Positions 1-9,225 of a DNA stretch of 64,000 nt are shown piece by piece. The stretch lies in sequence record NC_010821.1, one strand, 5' to 3'. The notes under the pieces are model-generated. The model was not told the origin of the DNA, made no database searches, and worked only from the letters and a program-made list of their open reading frames with translations. Position 1 is the stretch's first letter. Every line of letters begins with the position of its first letter. Position numbers and translations under genes: made by a program.

Positions 1-32
1 AATATGTAATGGTATTTCGTGAGGAACACTAG

Positions 33-365
33 GTGGCTCTTTATTCTGCTTTACAGCCTCACATAGAGGCTAACCAATGGTTTAAGAATGGTGATCACCC
101 AGATGATCACACTATCCATCGTATTAACACAGGACGCGTAGTAAAGCGTCATCCCTATTACAAGACACCTAGAGGTGAGTCTAAGTGTAACTTCTGTGAA
201 CTGCCTCTTAATGACCATGGTATCATCGGTACTGCCGTTACAGTATGTCCAGGTGACTATGTTGTAACTAACCGTGATGACAAAGGTCGTAAGCTAAGTT
301 ACACTCTACTCAAACAAGAACTCTTCGAATACATGTATGGCCCATACAAGGAACCTAAAGAATGA
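33..365 (+). CDS. Conserved phage hypothetical protein (QWFKNGDHP...VCPGDY family)
   Basis: GTG start after GAGGA; WFxxGDHP, CxxC and CPGDY motifs resemble a widespread phage family of unknown function. Confidence 0.75.
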   Translation: MALYSALQPHIEANQWFKNGDHPDDHTIHRINTGRVVKRHPYYKTPRGESKCNFCELPLNDHGIIGTAVTVCPGDYVVTNRDDKGRKLSYTLLKQELFEYMYGPYKEPKE

Positions 366-901
366 CCCTTATTGCTAAACCCGCTGTACCCGATACTGAA
401 GTACTGAATCACATTGGTCGTGATCTACTATTGAAAGATGAAGACGGTAGTTTCAAACTACAACGTCACCTGAAGATCCTGACTGAAGAAGGTTTGGTAC
501 ATCAAGTATCATTTGCTCAAGTAGACGGTCTGTTGAATATTCTGGACTCTACTCGTGAAACTCCACCATGTTCACCACTGCAATATCTCATTACGCACTA
601 TGACCTCAAAGATCTCGTAGAGCTCGGTAAAGACGGCTGGCTGGTGCCTGAGTATCAAGTGGTGGTGATGCATAGCAGCAAGACCGTACGCTTCGAAGGT
701 AAGCTTACACGCGTTGGTAGCATAGACAAAGAGTTCACTTTTGCACTGGGTGGTTTTGACTTCATCCAACAACTGAGTTTGGCTCGTTGCATTGCAAGCT
801 TGGGTAAAGAATTTGAACAAGTCATTGGTACGTTCGATTGTACCTATGTGTTCAAGACTGGACCTGATGGGATCTCTGTCTCTACTGATATCGGAGTTTA
901 A
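362..901 (+). CDS. chmB: Probable chimallin-interacting protein ChmB (gp2)
   Basis: 179-aa ORF, second gene of the window and just before DHFR. Assigned from position and the recalled identity of gp2 in phiKZ-like phages, not from a motif. Confidence 0.5.
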   Translation: MTLIAKPAVPDTEVLNHIGRDLLLKDEDGSFKLQRHLKILTEEGLVHQVSFAQVDGLLNILDSTRETPPCSPLQYLITHYDLKDLVELGKDGWLVPEYQVVVMHSSKTVRFEGKLTRVGSIDKEFTFALGGFDFIQQLSLARCIASLGKEFEQVIGTFDCTYVFKTGPDGISVSTDIGV

Positions 902-1453
902 ATGAAAACGAGTATGATCTTAGCTCGTGACGTTCAAGGCGTTATTGGTATTGATAACAAACTCCCTTGGCATGTACCAGCAGACATGGCTTTGTTCATA
1001 GCCCATACCAAAGGTAAGGCGGTAGTGATGGGTCGTAAGACTTGGGAGTCCCTACCGGTCAAACCACTACCGGGTCGACACAACATCATTCTGACTGGTA
1101 AGCCTAACTACAAAGACGTTGTGAATGCTGAAGAGCTTACCAACAAGGCTCAGGTATCGATCGCCAGTAGCGTTGAGGATGCTATTATCTCAGCTAGTCA
1201 GGAAGGTGCCGATGAAGTAGTGTTTATCGGTGGTCGTTCGATCTATGACCAAGTGGTCAACTATGTAGATGAAATCCACGTCAGTGAACTTAATCTGTGT
1301 GTTGAAACCAAAGGAAAGTCGGATGTAGATATCTATGCACAAGACTTTGAAGACTTGGGCTTTGTAATAGCCAGTGCTGGCCCGCTTTATGAATCAGAGA
1401 CAGGCAAACACCTGTTGGACTATATTCGCTACGCTCGACCATTAAGTCGTTAA
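902..1453 (+). CDS. Dihydrofolate reductase
   Basis: GVIGIDNKLPWHVPADM, VVMGRKTWESLPVKPLPGRHNIIL and FIGGRSIY motifs. Confidence 0.95.
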   Translation: MKTSMILARDVQGVIGIDNKLPWHVPADMALFIAHTKGKAVVMGRKTWESLPVKPLPGRHNIILTGKPNYKDVVNAEELTNKAQVSIASSVEDAIISASQEGADEVVFIGGRSIYDQVVNYVDEIHVSELNLCVETKGKSDVDIYAQDFEDLGFVIASAGPLYESETGKHLLDYIRYARPLSR

Positions 1454-1464
1454 GACAACATATT

Positions 1465-1485
1465 GCCCCTCCATTACGGAGGGGC
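1465..1485. terminator. Bidirectional hairpin terminator
   Basis: GCCCCTCC-attac-GGAGGGGC between convergent genes. Confidence 0.85.
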
Positions 1486-1493
1486 TTTATGCT

Positions 1494-1955
1494 TTATTTA
1501 TTTTTGTTGTACTCTGCGGTAAAGATATCTTTCAATGCTGCTGGTGAAGGCTTGGTTGGCTTAGTGTATAACCGATAAGCGGTTACCCCTAACTCAATAG
1601 CCTTACGACGGAAGATATTCACCTTAGCCACACGCATTGCATCAAAGAAAATCTCATCGACTTCCTTACGATTTAACTTACGCTTGTTGGTTTGCCAAGT
1701 TTCACATAGTTTGTCATGCACTACAGCGCACTGACCATGTTTACCCCATGCAGGAATCAACCACTGTAAGAACTTAGGTACACTGGCACCATCAGTTAGA
1801 TAACCCGTCTCAATAGTAACAATCTCAGAAGGATCATGACTTGAGTAGAATGTAAAGCCTGGATCTACCCAGTAGTATTTACCCTTCAGGGCTTTGGATT
1901 CTTCTTTAGCTGAGAAGATACTTAGTTTTGCAGAGAACTGTGTAAACGATGACAT
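1494..1955 (-). CDS. DUF1353-like protein
   Basis: TDGASVP...WGKHGQCAVVHDKLC and VDEIFFDAMR motifs. Confidence 0.8.
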   Translation of the reverse strand: MSSFTQFSAKLSIFSAKEESKALKGKYYWVDPGFTFYSSHDPSEIVTIETGYLTDGASVPKFLQWLIPAWGKHGQCAVVHDKLCETWQTNKRKLNRKEVDEIFFDAMRVAKVNIFRRKAIELGVTAYRLYTKPTKPSPAALKDIFTAEYNKNK

Positions 1956-1970
1956 TGGTAGTTTCCTTAA

Positions 1971-4163
1971 TTAAACGATTGCTCGTTGACCGGTGAATCG
2001 TGCTGGTGCATTGCGCGAAGAATCACCAAAGCGATTACTGCGTACTCGACGAACGCGTTCATCGTGCACTTGCTGGATCATTGCGTCGATACCCATACCA
2101 TGAGCTTCATCAACGTCAATCCACCGCGAGATGGCCCTTAGGCGCATTTCTAGCTTGGTTGCCAGCATGCGGTTTGGTTCACCTTTAAGACGTACGATCA
2201 AGTCATCGAATTCTGCACGGTACTTAGCGTTCTGATTGTCACGGAAAACTTCGACGTTAGTTGGTTCCACGTCACGAGTACGAGCCTTAACAAAGATTGT
2301 CTTCGGATTAATGCCGTAGTAATCCAAGTTCTGACCACGGATGCAAGTCCAGTGTGCCAGCAACATCGATACCACCATGTCGTCGTGTTTGTCAGTGTCG
2401 TGGTCGATACGACCATTCTTAATTACCAGACCCAAGAGTTCTGTAATCAGTTGGTTATCGTTCATGACTCGACCGCCTACGTCAATCGAGTTAGACAACG
2501 AATCTTTAAACAATGCGTTACGAGAGTAACGACCGCCACCAGAAGTGTTGAAACCGAAGTGTCGTTTGAATCGATCATAGAACTGTGGAGTACGTTGACT
2601 AACTGGAGTGGTTCTAAGGATTTCGTATTCCGTTTCCAAGATGTTAGATTCATCGACCACACGATTGAAGATTCGACGGAAAGGACAGATACCTTTAGAG
2701 TGCAGTACCAGAATAACCATGTCGATCAAACTAATACCCGTAGACTTACGTTCTGGAACCCAAGTGATGTTCTCGTATTTGATCAGCAAGTTAGCAATGA
2801 AGCTGGCTAAGATCGGAACAGACGTTTCATTATAACGTCCAGTGAACAACACTTCATGGGTTTCTGTGTCGATACCAACGATACCCGTGGAGTCGTTACC
2901 TGCGCCGAGGAGTTCACTAGGGTCGCAACCCATCACCACTTTACAACGTGCCATACGGTCAGCGATCATGTGTTCAGGAATATACCATCTCAAGAGGTAT
3001 CCGTTTTCATCACTGATGTTAGCCATCGGTTCAGACATAGCTTCCTTGAGGATCTTCTTATGGTGATCCAACAACGGAGAGCCTTCACCACCAACAGTCC
3101 AGATATTGAAGAAGTCTCGGTCAGCGATCTCACCACTCGATGCAGATTCACGTAGTGTCTTATACAACCACATATCGTCGAAACCTAATTGACGATGGTT
3201 GAATGCACCGTAGATCAGTGGCGTTTCACCCGAGGTCCCTTTCTCAATAATGAGTTCTAGGGTTGCTTGATCTTTAAGGTCAAGATAAGCTTCTGTCCAT
3301 ACTGCGCCACCAGTCATGAAGCGGTGAGCGAACTTACCATCTCGAGTAGTGATGTCACCAGCGGTCGTAGTGAAGATGTTACCAAAGAACTGGCGGTTGG
3401 CACGGGCAATACGACGTGCAGCGGAACCTGCCGCAAGTGCTACTGGTAGAGAAGTCCCGATCAAGCTAATGTATGCAAATTCGTCGAACTGCATGATAGG
3501 TACAGTAAGACCACGACCGAGTTTGTCCGCGGCAATAACGTCGTTACGCGCTACTGAAGTGCCATAACGGTTACCCAAACGAATGCAGCTCAGCGCTTCG
3601 TTGTTATCGACGTCATTACGGTCGATCATGTCAATGTAATCAGGTAATAGATCCCTCATCCCTTTAAGTCGCCTGATGTTAGCATCGCGCAGACGGGCGT
3701 CTTTAGTAATCAGATTGATCTCAGTTTTGAAGCCCCAGATAAACATCAGTCCAACCATCAAGATGTCCGTTGATACAGACTTACCTGTTTGACGTGGTTG
3801 CAATAGACCAAAGTTAATATGGTTAAAGAAGCTCCAATACAAAGCGATGTTACCACGGTTCGCTAAGAATGGGGACGGCACTGGGCCAGAGATTGGAACA
3901 CGAGCAACTTCCCTAAAGTAATACCACGGGTTATATTTGCATTCATAGGCAATCTTAGCCTTAGTAACACGATCCAAATTATCAGCAAAAGGATCTACAC
4001 CCGATAGCTCTGGTTGCATTAACGCTAGATGAAACTTCCAGTTCTTGACTTTGAGTTCATCGCGATACAAGTGAGCTAACTTAAGGAAGGTCTCATTTTT
4101 GGTGTTGAAATCGGCATAGACTCGGAAGCGTTCCCAGTCTGACTCGAATAGAACAATATCCAT
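1971..4163 (-). CDS. terL: Terminase large subunit
   Basis: Walker A QPRQTGKS, Walker B MQFDE, RNaseH-like nuclease GCDPS and HDDMV. ATG at 4163 with GAGG SD preferred to the track start at 4175. Confidence 0.9.
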   Translation of the reverse strand: MDIVLFESDWERFRVYADFNTKNETFLKLAHLYRDELKVKNWKFHLALMQPELSGVDPFADNLDRVTKAKIAYECKYNPWYYFREVARVPISGPVPSPFLANRGNIALYWSFFNHINFGLLQPRQTGKSVSTDILMVGLMFIWGFKTEINLITKDARLRDANIRRLKGMRDLLPDYIDMIDRNDVDNNEALSCIRLGNRYGTSVARNDVIAADKLGRGLTVPIMQFDEFAYISLIGTSLPVALAAGSAARRIARANRQFFGNIFTTTAGDITTRDGKFAHRFMTGGAVWTEAYLDLKDQATLELIIEKGTSGETPLIYGAFNHRQLGFDDMWLYKTLRESASSGEIADRDFFNIWTVGGEGSPLLDHHKKILKEAMSEPMANISDENGYLLRWYIPEHMIADRMARCKVVMGCDPSELLGAGNDSTGIVGIDTETHEVLFTGRYNETSVPILASFIANLLIKYENITWVPERKSTGISLIDMVILVLHSKGICPFRRIFNRVVDESNILETEYEILRTTPVSQRTPQFYDRFKRHFGFNTSGGGRYSRNALFKDSLSNSIDVGGRVMNDNQLITELLGLVIKNGRIDHDTDKHDDMVVSMLLAHWTCIRGQNLDYYGINPKTIFVKARTRDVEPTNVEVFRDNQNAKYRAEFDDLIVRLKGEPNRMLATKLEMRLRAISRWIDVDEAHGMGIDAMIQQVHDERVRRVRSNRFGDSSRNAPARFTGQRAIV

Positions 4164-4204
4164 AATGGACCTCAAATGAAAAGGTTATAGTACATACTAT
4201 CATT

Positions 4205-4232
4205 ATTAGAAGCCATTTAAAGGCTATATTAC
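4205..4232 (+). promoter_or_regulatory. Early (virion RNAP) promoter
   Basis: ATTAGAA at 4205 and TATATTAC at 4225; TATATTAC is the phiKZ-type early motif. Confidence 0.8.
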
Positions 4233-4271
4233 TATTGTGAATTCAGCAACTTAAATAGATAGGATATCTAA

Positions 4272-4679
4272 ATGAAGGTATACCGTTTTCTTAATCCTAA
4301 TGGTGAAGGCCTTTACCAAAACGACTTCTGGCGCCAGGTTGGGCTACCTTACGTAGGCGAGGATATCCCTTTCCATCAACCGCCCGTTTATGAAGATGTT
4401 CGCGGCTGGAAACTTGAAGATGCGAACAAATACATCTGTGCGTTCCAATCCCCGGATAAACTCGTTAGTTGGTTTCGTGACCTGAATCCTCTTCAAGTAT
4501 TTATTGAAGGTGGGTCGTTGGTCGAAATAATTGTCCCTAACGAGCATGTGCGTTTGGGCAATCATCAATGCGCTATCCGTAAGTTTAAAGAAACTTCGGT
4601 TCGTGAAATTGGTATTGACGAATTCATTGATCTGATTGATAACTCGGTGGAACGTTATAAAGAATTAATAGTTTGGTAA
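4272..4679 (+). CDS. Early protein, possibly ADP-ribosyltransferase-like fold
   Basis: VYRF...GEGLY, H(Q)PP..D, CAFQSPDKLVSWF and GNHQC pattern; fold call is inference. Confidence 0.75.
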   Translation: MKVYRFLNPNGEGLYQNDFWRQVGLPYVGEDIPFHQPPVYEDVRGWKLEDANKYICAFQSPDKLVSWFRDLNPLQVFIEGGSLVEIIVPNEHVRLGNHQCAIRKFKETSVREIGIDEFIDLIDNSVERYKELIVW

Positions 4680-4688
4680 GGACTCGTA

Positions 4689-4793
4689 ATGCGTCGTAAG
4701 AATAAGATCCCTAAAGGAGAACGTAAGTGGGTCGCCTTATTCTTGGTGATCGATTTAATCGCTCTGGCTGTAATCCCATTCGTTTTGATGTGA
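4689..4793 (+). CDS. 34-aa single-TM micropeptide
   Basis: Manual translation MRRKNKIPKGERKWVALFLVIDLIALAVIPFVLM; AAGGA SD; fills the gap between two ORFs. Confidence 0.6.
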   Translation: MRRKNKIPKGERKWVALFLVIDLIALAVIPFVLM

Positions 4794-4800
4794 GGTCAAC

Positions 4801-5295
4801 ATGCATCTGCAATACAATACCCCGCCATACCGTAAACTGTATCGCTCGTATATCGAGCGCTATGATAACTGCGATAAGGTTGTTAACATCGAACCACGTG
4901 TACGTGAGTTCAGTCACCTGATCCGCCAGTCCGGTCTCGGTGTAAGTGTGTGGAGTTGTGAAGGTCATGAGGAAGACACCTATTCCCCATATGAAGGTTA
5001 CGTCATGCTCACAGCACGTAATCGTGAAGCCGCTGCGAAGTTGGTAGATGTGTTTCAAAAGATCTCGAGTGTTCTCGTAACGGTTATGGGCTGGGAAGCT
5101 CTACCAGAGATCGAGTCCCCTCTGGCATCGCTGGGTGAGGACACCAGTTACCCATGCGTCGTCATCCGCAGTCCAAGTTTCACAAAAGAATCAAATGCAA
5201 ATCTCTTTTGGGAGATTGTAACCGTACAGACAGAGAAGCTGCTGAAACACCATATTTCTGCCAATCCTGAAAACATTACAGGAGTAATACCATGA
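4801..5295 (+). CDS. Hypothetical protein with SCEGH motif (TYW3-like motif)
   Basis: IEPRVREF...SVWSCEGH. Confidence 0.75.
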   Translation: MHLQYNTPPYRKLYRSYIERYDNCDKVVNIEPRVREFSHLIRQSGLGVSVWSCEGHEEDTYSPYEGYVMLTARNREAAAKLVDVFQKISSVLVTVMGWEALPEIESPLASLGEDTSYPCVVIRSPSFTKESNANLFWEIVTVQTEKLLKHHISANPENITGVIP

Positions 5296-5897
5296 CTATC
5301 AAAGCTGAACTGAACTATCTGGACTTCCACAACACCAAGGATAAACTGGAAGATGGTTTCTATCGTGTTATCGAATCCGATGGTGAAGAGAACATCGCGC
5401 TGGTAAAGGCGAACTCGTGGAATGGTCCATGTCGTGTGACCTGGATGTCTGAGATGGAATACCTCGAACATCGCCGGATGGATAGCTACCTGTCTGATGA
5501 CTGGGATCGTGAAGGTAACGAGTTCCGTCGGATCAGTCCTGAAGATCTGGCTGATGTCGACCTCAGCGAGGACCTGATGGATTCATGGGACCAGGCCATG
5601 GCTAAAAAAGATGATCAGCGGTTATGCGATGAAATCTGTCTGGCTGAGGTTGATGTCACCGCGTATCTGGAAGACCTGACCGATACTGAGTTCGTTAACC
5701 TGTGTGCCCAGGGGTTTGAATCGAATCAACATCAATCGGAATGCTTCAATCGTGACATGGAAGCGAAGAAAGATGTTTCCTTGGCAGACCTGTTGCGTGA
5801 AGCCATTTCGATTGACCCACGTCACATGACCAACGAGCAGTACGTAGAACGCTGTGAAATTGCAGCTCAAGATAAACGTGATGGCGTAAGTGCGTAA
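5292..5897 (+). CDS. Acidic hypothetical protein
   Basis: ATGA-coupled ORF; about a quarter of residues are D/E by manual count. Confidence 0.8.
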   Translation: MTIKAELNYLDFHNTKDKLEDGFYRVIESDGEENIALVKANSWNGPCRVTWMSEMEYLEHRRMDSYLSDDWDREGNEFRRISPEDLADVDLSEDLMDSWDQAMAKKDDQRLCDEICLAEVDVTAYLEDLTDTEFVNLCAQGFESNQHQSECFNRDMEAKKDVSLADLLREAISIDPRHMTNEQYVERCEIAAQDKRDGVSA

Positions 5898-6124
5898 TGA
5901 AGCGTATTCCTAACATGCGTGTAGAAGTAACCCGTAGCTCCATCCCGGCTATTCTGAACGCCGGTGGCTGTGTATCATATTTCGGTACTGGTAACCCCAG
6001 TACCGTTTATGCCGAGGGTCAGCCTGAGCACGTCCTGAGTATGTCTCAACGCTCGGATGTGACAGTCTTGGGTGAGATCCATAAAACCCCCAACTTTCGT
6101 AATGAATCAGGAGCGTACCTGTGA
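5897..6124 (+). CDS. Hypothetical protein
   Basis: TAATG-coupled ORF in early operon. Confidence 0.7.
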   Translation: MKRIPNMRVEVTRSSIPAILNAGGCVSYFGTGNPSTVYAEGQPEHVLSMSQRSDVTVLGEIHKTPNFRNESGAYL

Positions 6125-6378
6125 CACCGTTTAAGAAATGGCTTCTGCGTCCACTGTACATTGCGTTATACTACCTATCGGGCCTTATCTTCGGTGGGAT
6201 ACTCGCTATCATCGTACTCAGTATGATGGATGGTTTGAGTATCATTGAAATTTACGAGAAAATCAAGGATGACGCCGGGTTGATCGCGATGAGCTACCTT
6301 GGGGCGTATTGGGTTAAATGGAATTTCGTCTATGGCCCACAAAAAGTAACGGAGGTGAAAAATGGAACCAATGGGTAA
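6121..6378 (+). CDS. Predicted 2-TM membrane protein
   Basis: Two hydrophobic segments; GTGA overlap with upstream gene. Confidence 0.7.
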   Translation: MTPFKKWLLRPLYIALYYLSGLIFGGILAIIVLSMMDGLSIIEIYEKIKDDAGLIAMSYLGAYWVKWNFVYGPQKVTEVKNGTNG

Positions 6379-6646
6379 ATCTGAAATCGCCGATAAGGTT
6401 GCCAAGAACAAAGCCAGTAAAGATCGCTGGGAGTTCATTCAACATGTAGTTCGACTGTTGGCTTTCTGGCCACTACAGATCGTACTCACTGCAAATATCC
6501 TTGTTACTACCTACGGGATTCTGGTACAGGATATTAGCAATGACCTTAAAACAATTTGGGTAGTTACTCAGAACTGGCCAATCATCGTCACCTGGGTAAT
6601 TATCTATTATTGCATCCGGCGTGAGAATAAATGGTTCGGCTGGTAA
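6362..6646 (+). CDS. Predicted 2-TM membrane protein
   Basis: Hydrophobic segments LLAFWPLQIVLTANILVTTYGILV and IIVTWVIIYY. Confidence 0.7.
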   Translation: MEPMGKSEIADKVAKNKASKDRWEFIQHVVRLLAFWPLQIVLTANILVTTYGILVQDISNDLKTIWVVTQNWPIIVTWVIIYYCIRRENKWFGW

Positions 6647-6674
6647 GTAACCCACATTAACAAGGAGCATTCAA

Positions 6675-6863
6675 ATGTGGAAGAAATTTCTGTTTCATTG
6701 GCATGCACACTGGTTGCGTGTCGAATATCAAAAGCGGCTGACTCAGGTGAGTCGTGATCGCTGGATCAACTGCAAACGCGGCTTGATCACTCGTGAACGT
6801 GAGATCGTTCATCAGTGGTACGGTCGCGAATACAATAACCTGGTTGAAAAATATCTCAAGTAA
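6675..6863 (+). CDS. Basic hypothetical protein
   Basis: AAGGAG SD; operon context. Confidence 0.7.
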   Translation: MWKKFLFHWHAHWLRVEYQKRLTQVSRDRWINCKRGLITREREIVHQWYGREYNNLVEKYLK

Positions 6864-6874
6864 GGTGGTGGAAC

Positions 6875-7066
6875 ATGGACTTCAATTATCGCGTTAAAGT
6901 GCTGGGTACTTCGCTGCAACAACTGCTCGACATGGGCTTTGCTGTGAATGCACATGACTGCCAGCCCGGTGAATACTGGGTTATCGGTTGTGGCCGTACC
7001 AGTCTGGAAAATCAGGTTGTCCATCACAGCCTGACTACCATCACTCCTTACGAGGCTATCCGTTAA
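6875..7066 (+). CDS. Hypothetical protein
   Basis: ORF track; operon context. Confidence 0.7.
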   Translation: MDFNYRVKVLGTSLQQLLDMGFAVNAHDCQPGEYWVIGCGRTSLENQVVHHSLTTITPYEAIR

Positions 7067-7443
7067 TGAAAGGTAACTGGCGTGACGTCGACTATACTTT
7101 ACCGGCAGGCGAGTCACTTGTAAAGGCTATTCGTGACCGGGTGATGACTTGTCACGAGCACAAGTTCCAGGTCAGTACAGTCTATCTCGGCTTCGAGGCC
7201 AATTACTCTGGTTACAGGCGCGTCACCGCTGAAGAAGTAACTAGCGGTGGCGGACTCGTCACCTGGAGTAGTGGTTTTGCAGTTGTATGGTTGAACGAGT
7301 TCTGGGATGATCGGGAACTCCCGATTAAGAAGATTCCAGTATGGGATCTAGACCCAGAACAACGAGCTGCATATGACCGTAAGTTGCTCGAGTACCAGAG
7401 TCGTGTGATCCACCCTGATCAGCTGAAAATCAAGGAGAACTAA
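7066..7443 (+). CDS. Hypothetical protein
   Basis: TAATG-coupled ATG at 7066 preferred to track start 6988. Confidence 0.7.
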   Translation: MKGNWRDVDYTLPAGESLVKAIRDRVMTCHEHKFQVSTVYLGFEANYSGYRRVTAEEVTSGGGLVTWSSGFAVVWLNEFWDDRELPIKKIPVWDLDPEQRAAYDRKLLEYQSRVIHPDQLKIKEN

Positions 7444-7445
7444 TT

Positions 7446-7718
7446 ATGTCAGCAATGGCCATTTTTGTTGCATCAATTCTCGTAACTCCAGTTAACAACA
7501 ACCGTGTCAATGTCCCAATCGCACCAGCGACCATTACGGTACAGAAGCAGGTGTTGACTGATCCAACCAATGCCAATGGTAAATGTCGCAAGCTGGAAGC
7601 GGCTTACCATAATGGCAATGGTAGCAGTGTTAAGCGCGGTAATAAAATCGTCAGTCAGGTAACCAGTCCTGACGGCTTCTACGTTACTGAAACTACAACC
7701 TTCTGTGTGGAGATCTAA
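7446..7718 (+). CDS. Hypothetical protein with hydrophobic N-terminus and two Cys
   Basis: AAGGAG SD; possible exported small beta protein. Confidence 0.7.
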   Translation: MSAMAIFVASILVTPVNNNRVNVPIAPATITVQKQVLTDPTNANGKCRKLEAAYHNGNGSSVKRGNKIVSQVTSPDGFYVTETTTFCVEI

Positions 7719-7719
7719 C

Positions 7720-7860
7720 ATGCTCTGGGAAATCATTTGCTACAATGGTGATAGCTACAAGTCTGATCGCCAAGAAACCCTGACTGAGTTTCTGGCTCGC
7801 TGGGCTAAAGAAAATCACCAGACCGAACTCAACATCAAACACGTGATCAACCATCACTAA
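7720..7860 (+). CDS. 46-aa hypothetical protein
   Basis: Manual translation MLWEIICYNGDSYKSDRQETLTEFLARWAKENHQTELNIKHVINHH; GGAG SD. Confidence 0.65.
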   Translation: MLWEIICYNGDSYKSDRQETLTEFLARWAKENHQTELNIKHVINHH

Positions 7861-7868
7861 GGTAAGTT

Positions 7869-8156
7869 ATGGCTACTGTTTTGGATGTATACAAAGCTAC
7901 GATGATGCCAGATGCAAAGCGGGCATTGGAGCAGGTCACTAAAGTACTGTTCAAGATGATCAACTCTGGCGAAGTCGACTACGGTGCACGTATAAGTGTT
8001 CCTATTCCCATCCCGTTGGATGTGTCAGAAGAGCGCGCTGTGCATTACGTGTTGACGCATGAAGGTTGGACTAACATCGTCTTCACCGATGAAGCCATTC
8101 GGTTCAGCTTCCCGAACTACCATCCTATTCCGAAAATCAACCCGCACACAATGTAA
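7869..8156 (+). CDS. Paralogue family A member
   Basis: VDY..R...P..L..SE...GW..IVF...F.FP shared with 8180-8455. Confidence 0.8.
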   Translation: MATVLDVYKATMMPDAKRALEQVTKVLFKMINSGEVDYGARISVPIPIPLDVSEERAVHYVLTHEGWTNIVFTDEAIRFSFPNYHPIPKINPHTM

Positions 8157-8179
8157 TTAATTTTATTTAGGAGCACTAA

Positions 8180-8455
8180 ATGCATAACGCACTTGAGATC
8201 TTTAGAGGTACGCAGAGTAGGGCGGTAGTTGACGCTATTCTGGCGGTGGATACACACCTTGCTGAAATTACCCGCCAAGAGCCAGGTTCAGTTGATTACG
8301 ATACGCGGCAAATCGTTCGGTTGCCAGTCGCGCTTAATCAGAGTGAACGTACCTCGATGCAATACCAGATGGAAGCCGCGGGTTGGGTAGCGATTGTATT
8401 CGGTCCTAATACGGTGAGCTTCCTCTTTCCGACTACATGGAGACACACGTGTTAA
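8180..8455 (+). CDS. Paralogue family A member
   Basis: AGGAG SD; same motif as 7869-8156. Confidence 0.8.
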   Translation: MHNALEIFRGTQSRAVVDAILAVDTHLAEITRQEPGSVDYDTRQIVRLPVALNQSERTSMQYQMEAAGWVAIVFGPNTVSFLFPTTWRHTC

Positions 8456-8652
8456 CGATTCCGCTGTCCCGCTTTAAAGGTTTTGAACACAAACGTAACG
8501 ACGGTCGTCGTTGGGGTCAACATTTCCATGACTACATGGAACTCTCCAAGGTCACCAATGGCATCGACAAAGTCTGGTGTGATAAGCTGTATGCCGTAGA
8601 TGATGTCACTGCCCGGCAAATGGTTCTTAACGTAATCGATCAGGATAACTGA
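8437..8652 (+). CDS. Hypothetical protein
   Basis: ORF track; true start may be GTG at 8449. Confidence 0.7.
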   Translation: METHVLTIPLSRFKGFEHKRNDGRRWGQHFHDYMELSKVTNGIDKVWCDKLYAVDDVTARQMVLNVIDQDN

Positions 8653-8653
8653 A

Positions 8654-8815
8654 ATGGATCAAGTTAAAATCTATAAATGTAGGGCCGGCGCCACCGGCCC
8701 TTATACCTACTCGGTTCGTAAGAAGTGCCGCTTCTGTAGAGAGGTCTTCGGGGAAGAGCGCGAAGCCGCTATAAAACAAATGTTGATCCCTAACCCAACT
8801 AACCAGGCTAGCTAA
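8654..8815 (+). CDS. 53-aa hypothetical protein with CxxC
   Basis: Manual translation MDQVKIYKCRAGATGPYTYSVRKKCRFCREVFGEEREAAIKQMLIPNPTNQAS; TAATG-coupled to the next gene. Confidence 0.6.
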   Translation: MDQVKIYKCRAGATGPYTYSVRKKCRFCREVFGEEREAAIKQMLIPNPTNQAS

Positions 8816-9225
8816 TGAACCTTTTTAAAGATCATACCAGAGTGGTGAGCGACTGCGCGCTTATTTTATTTGAGCGACATGGTTTCTGCTATATTGGGTT
8901 GGTACCACAGCATGCAACTGAAGAGTTCACGCTGGAATCCATTCAGGCATTGCTAATCCGTTTTTATGACGAATTACCATGGGTACCTTTTATTCGAGAC
9001 ACTCATGCGTTCTCAGCGCTTTATAAACTCAATAAGTTCATCGACTGTATATCCAACGAACCTAGCGAGTATTTCAAGTGGTTGAATGACGTCAGTAAAA
9101 TAACCCGTTCTTTCTGTAAAGCGTACGATCGTAACAACCGCGATATGATCGAGTTCTACGATGACATTCGTGAATTCATCAGCGGTGAACCAAAAGCTTA
9201 TTACAAAGGTACTCCCTATGTTTGA
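8815..9225 (+). CDS. Hypothetical protein
   Basis: ORF track. Confidence 0.75.
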   Translation: MNLFKDHTRVVSDCALILFERHGFCYIGLVPQHATEEFTLESIQALLIRFYDELPWVPFIRDTHAFSALYKLNKFIDCISNEPSEYFKWLNDVSKITRSFCKAYDRNNRDMIEFYDDIREFISGEPKAYYKGTPYV

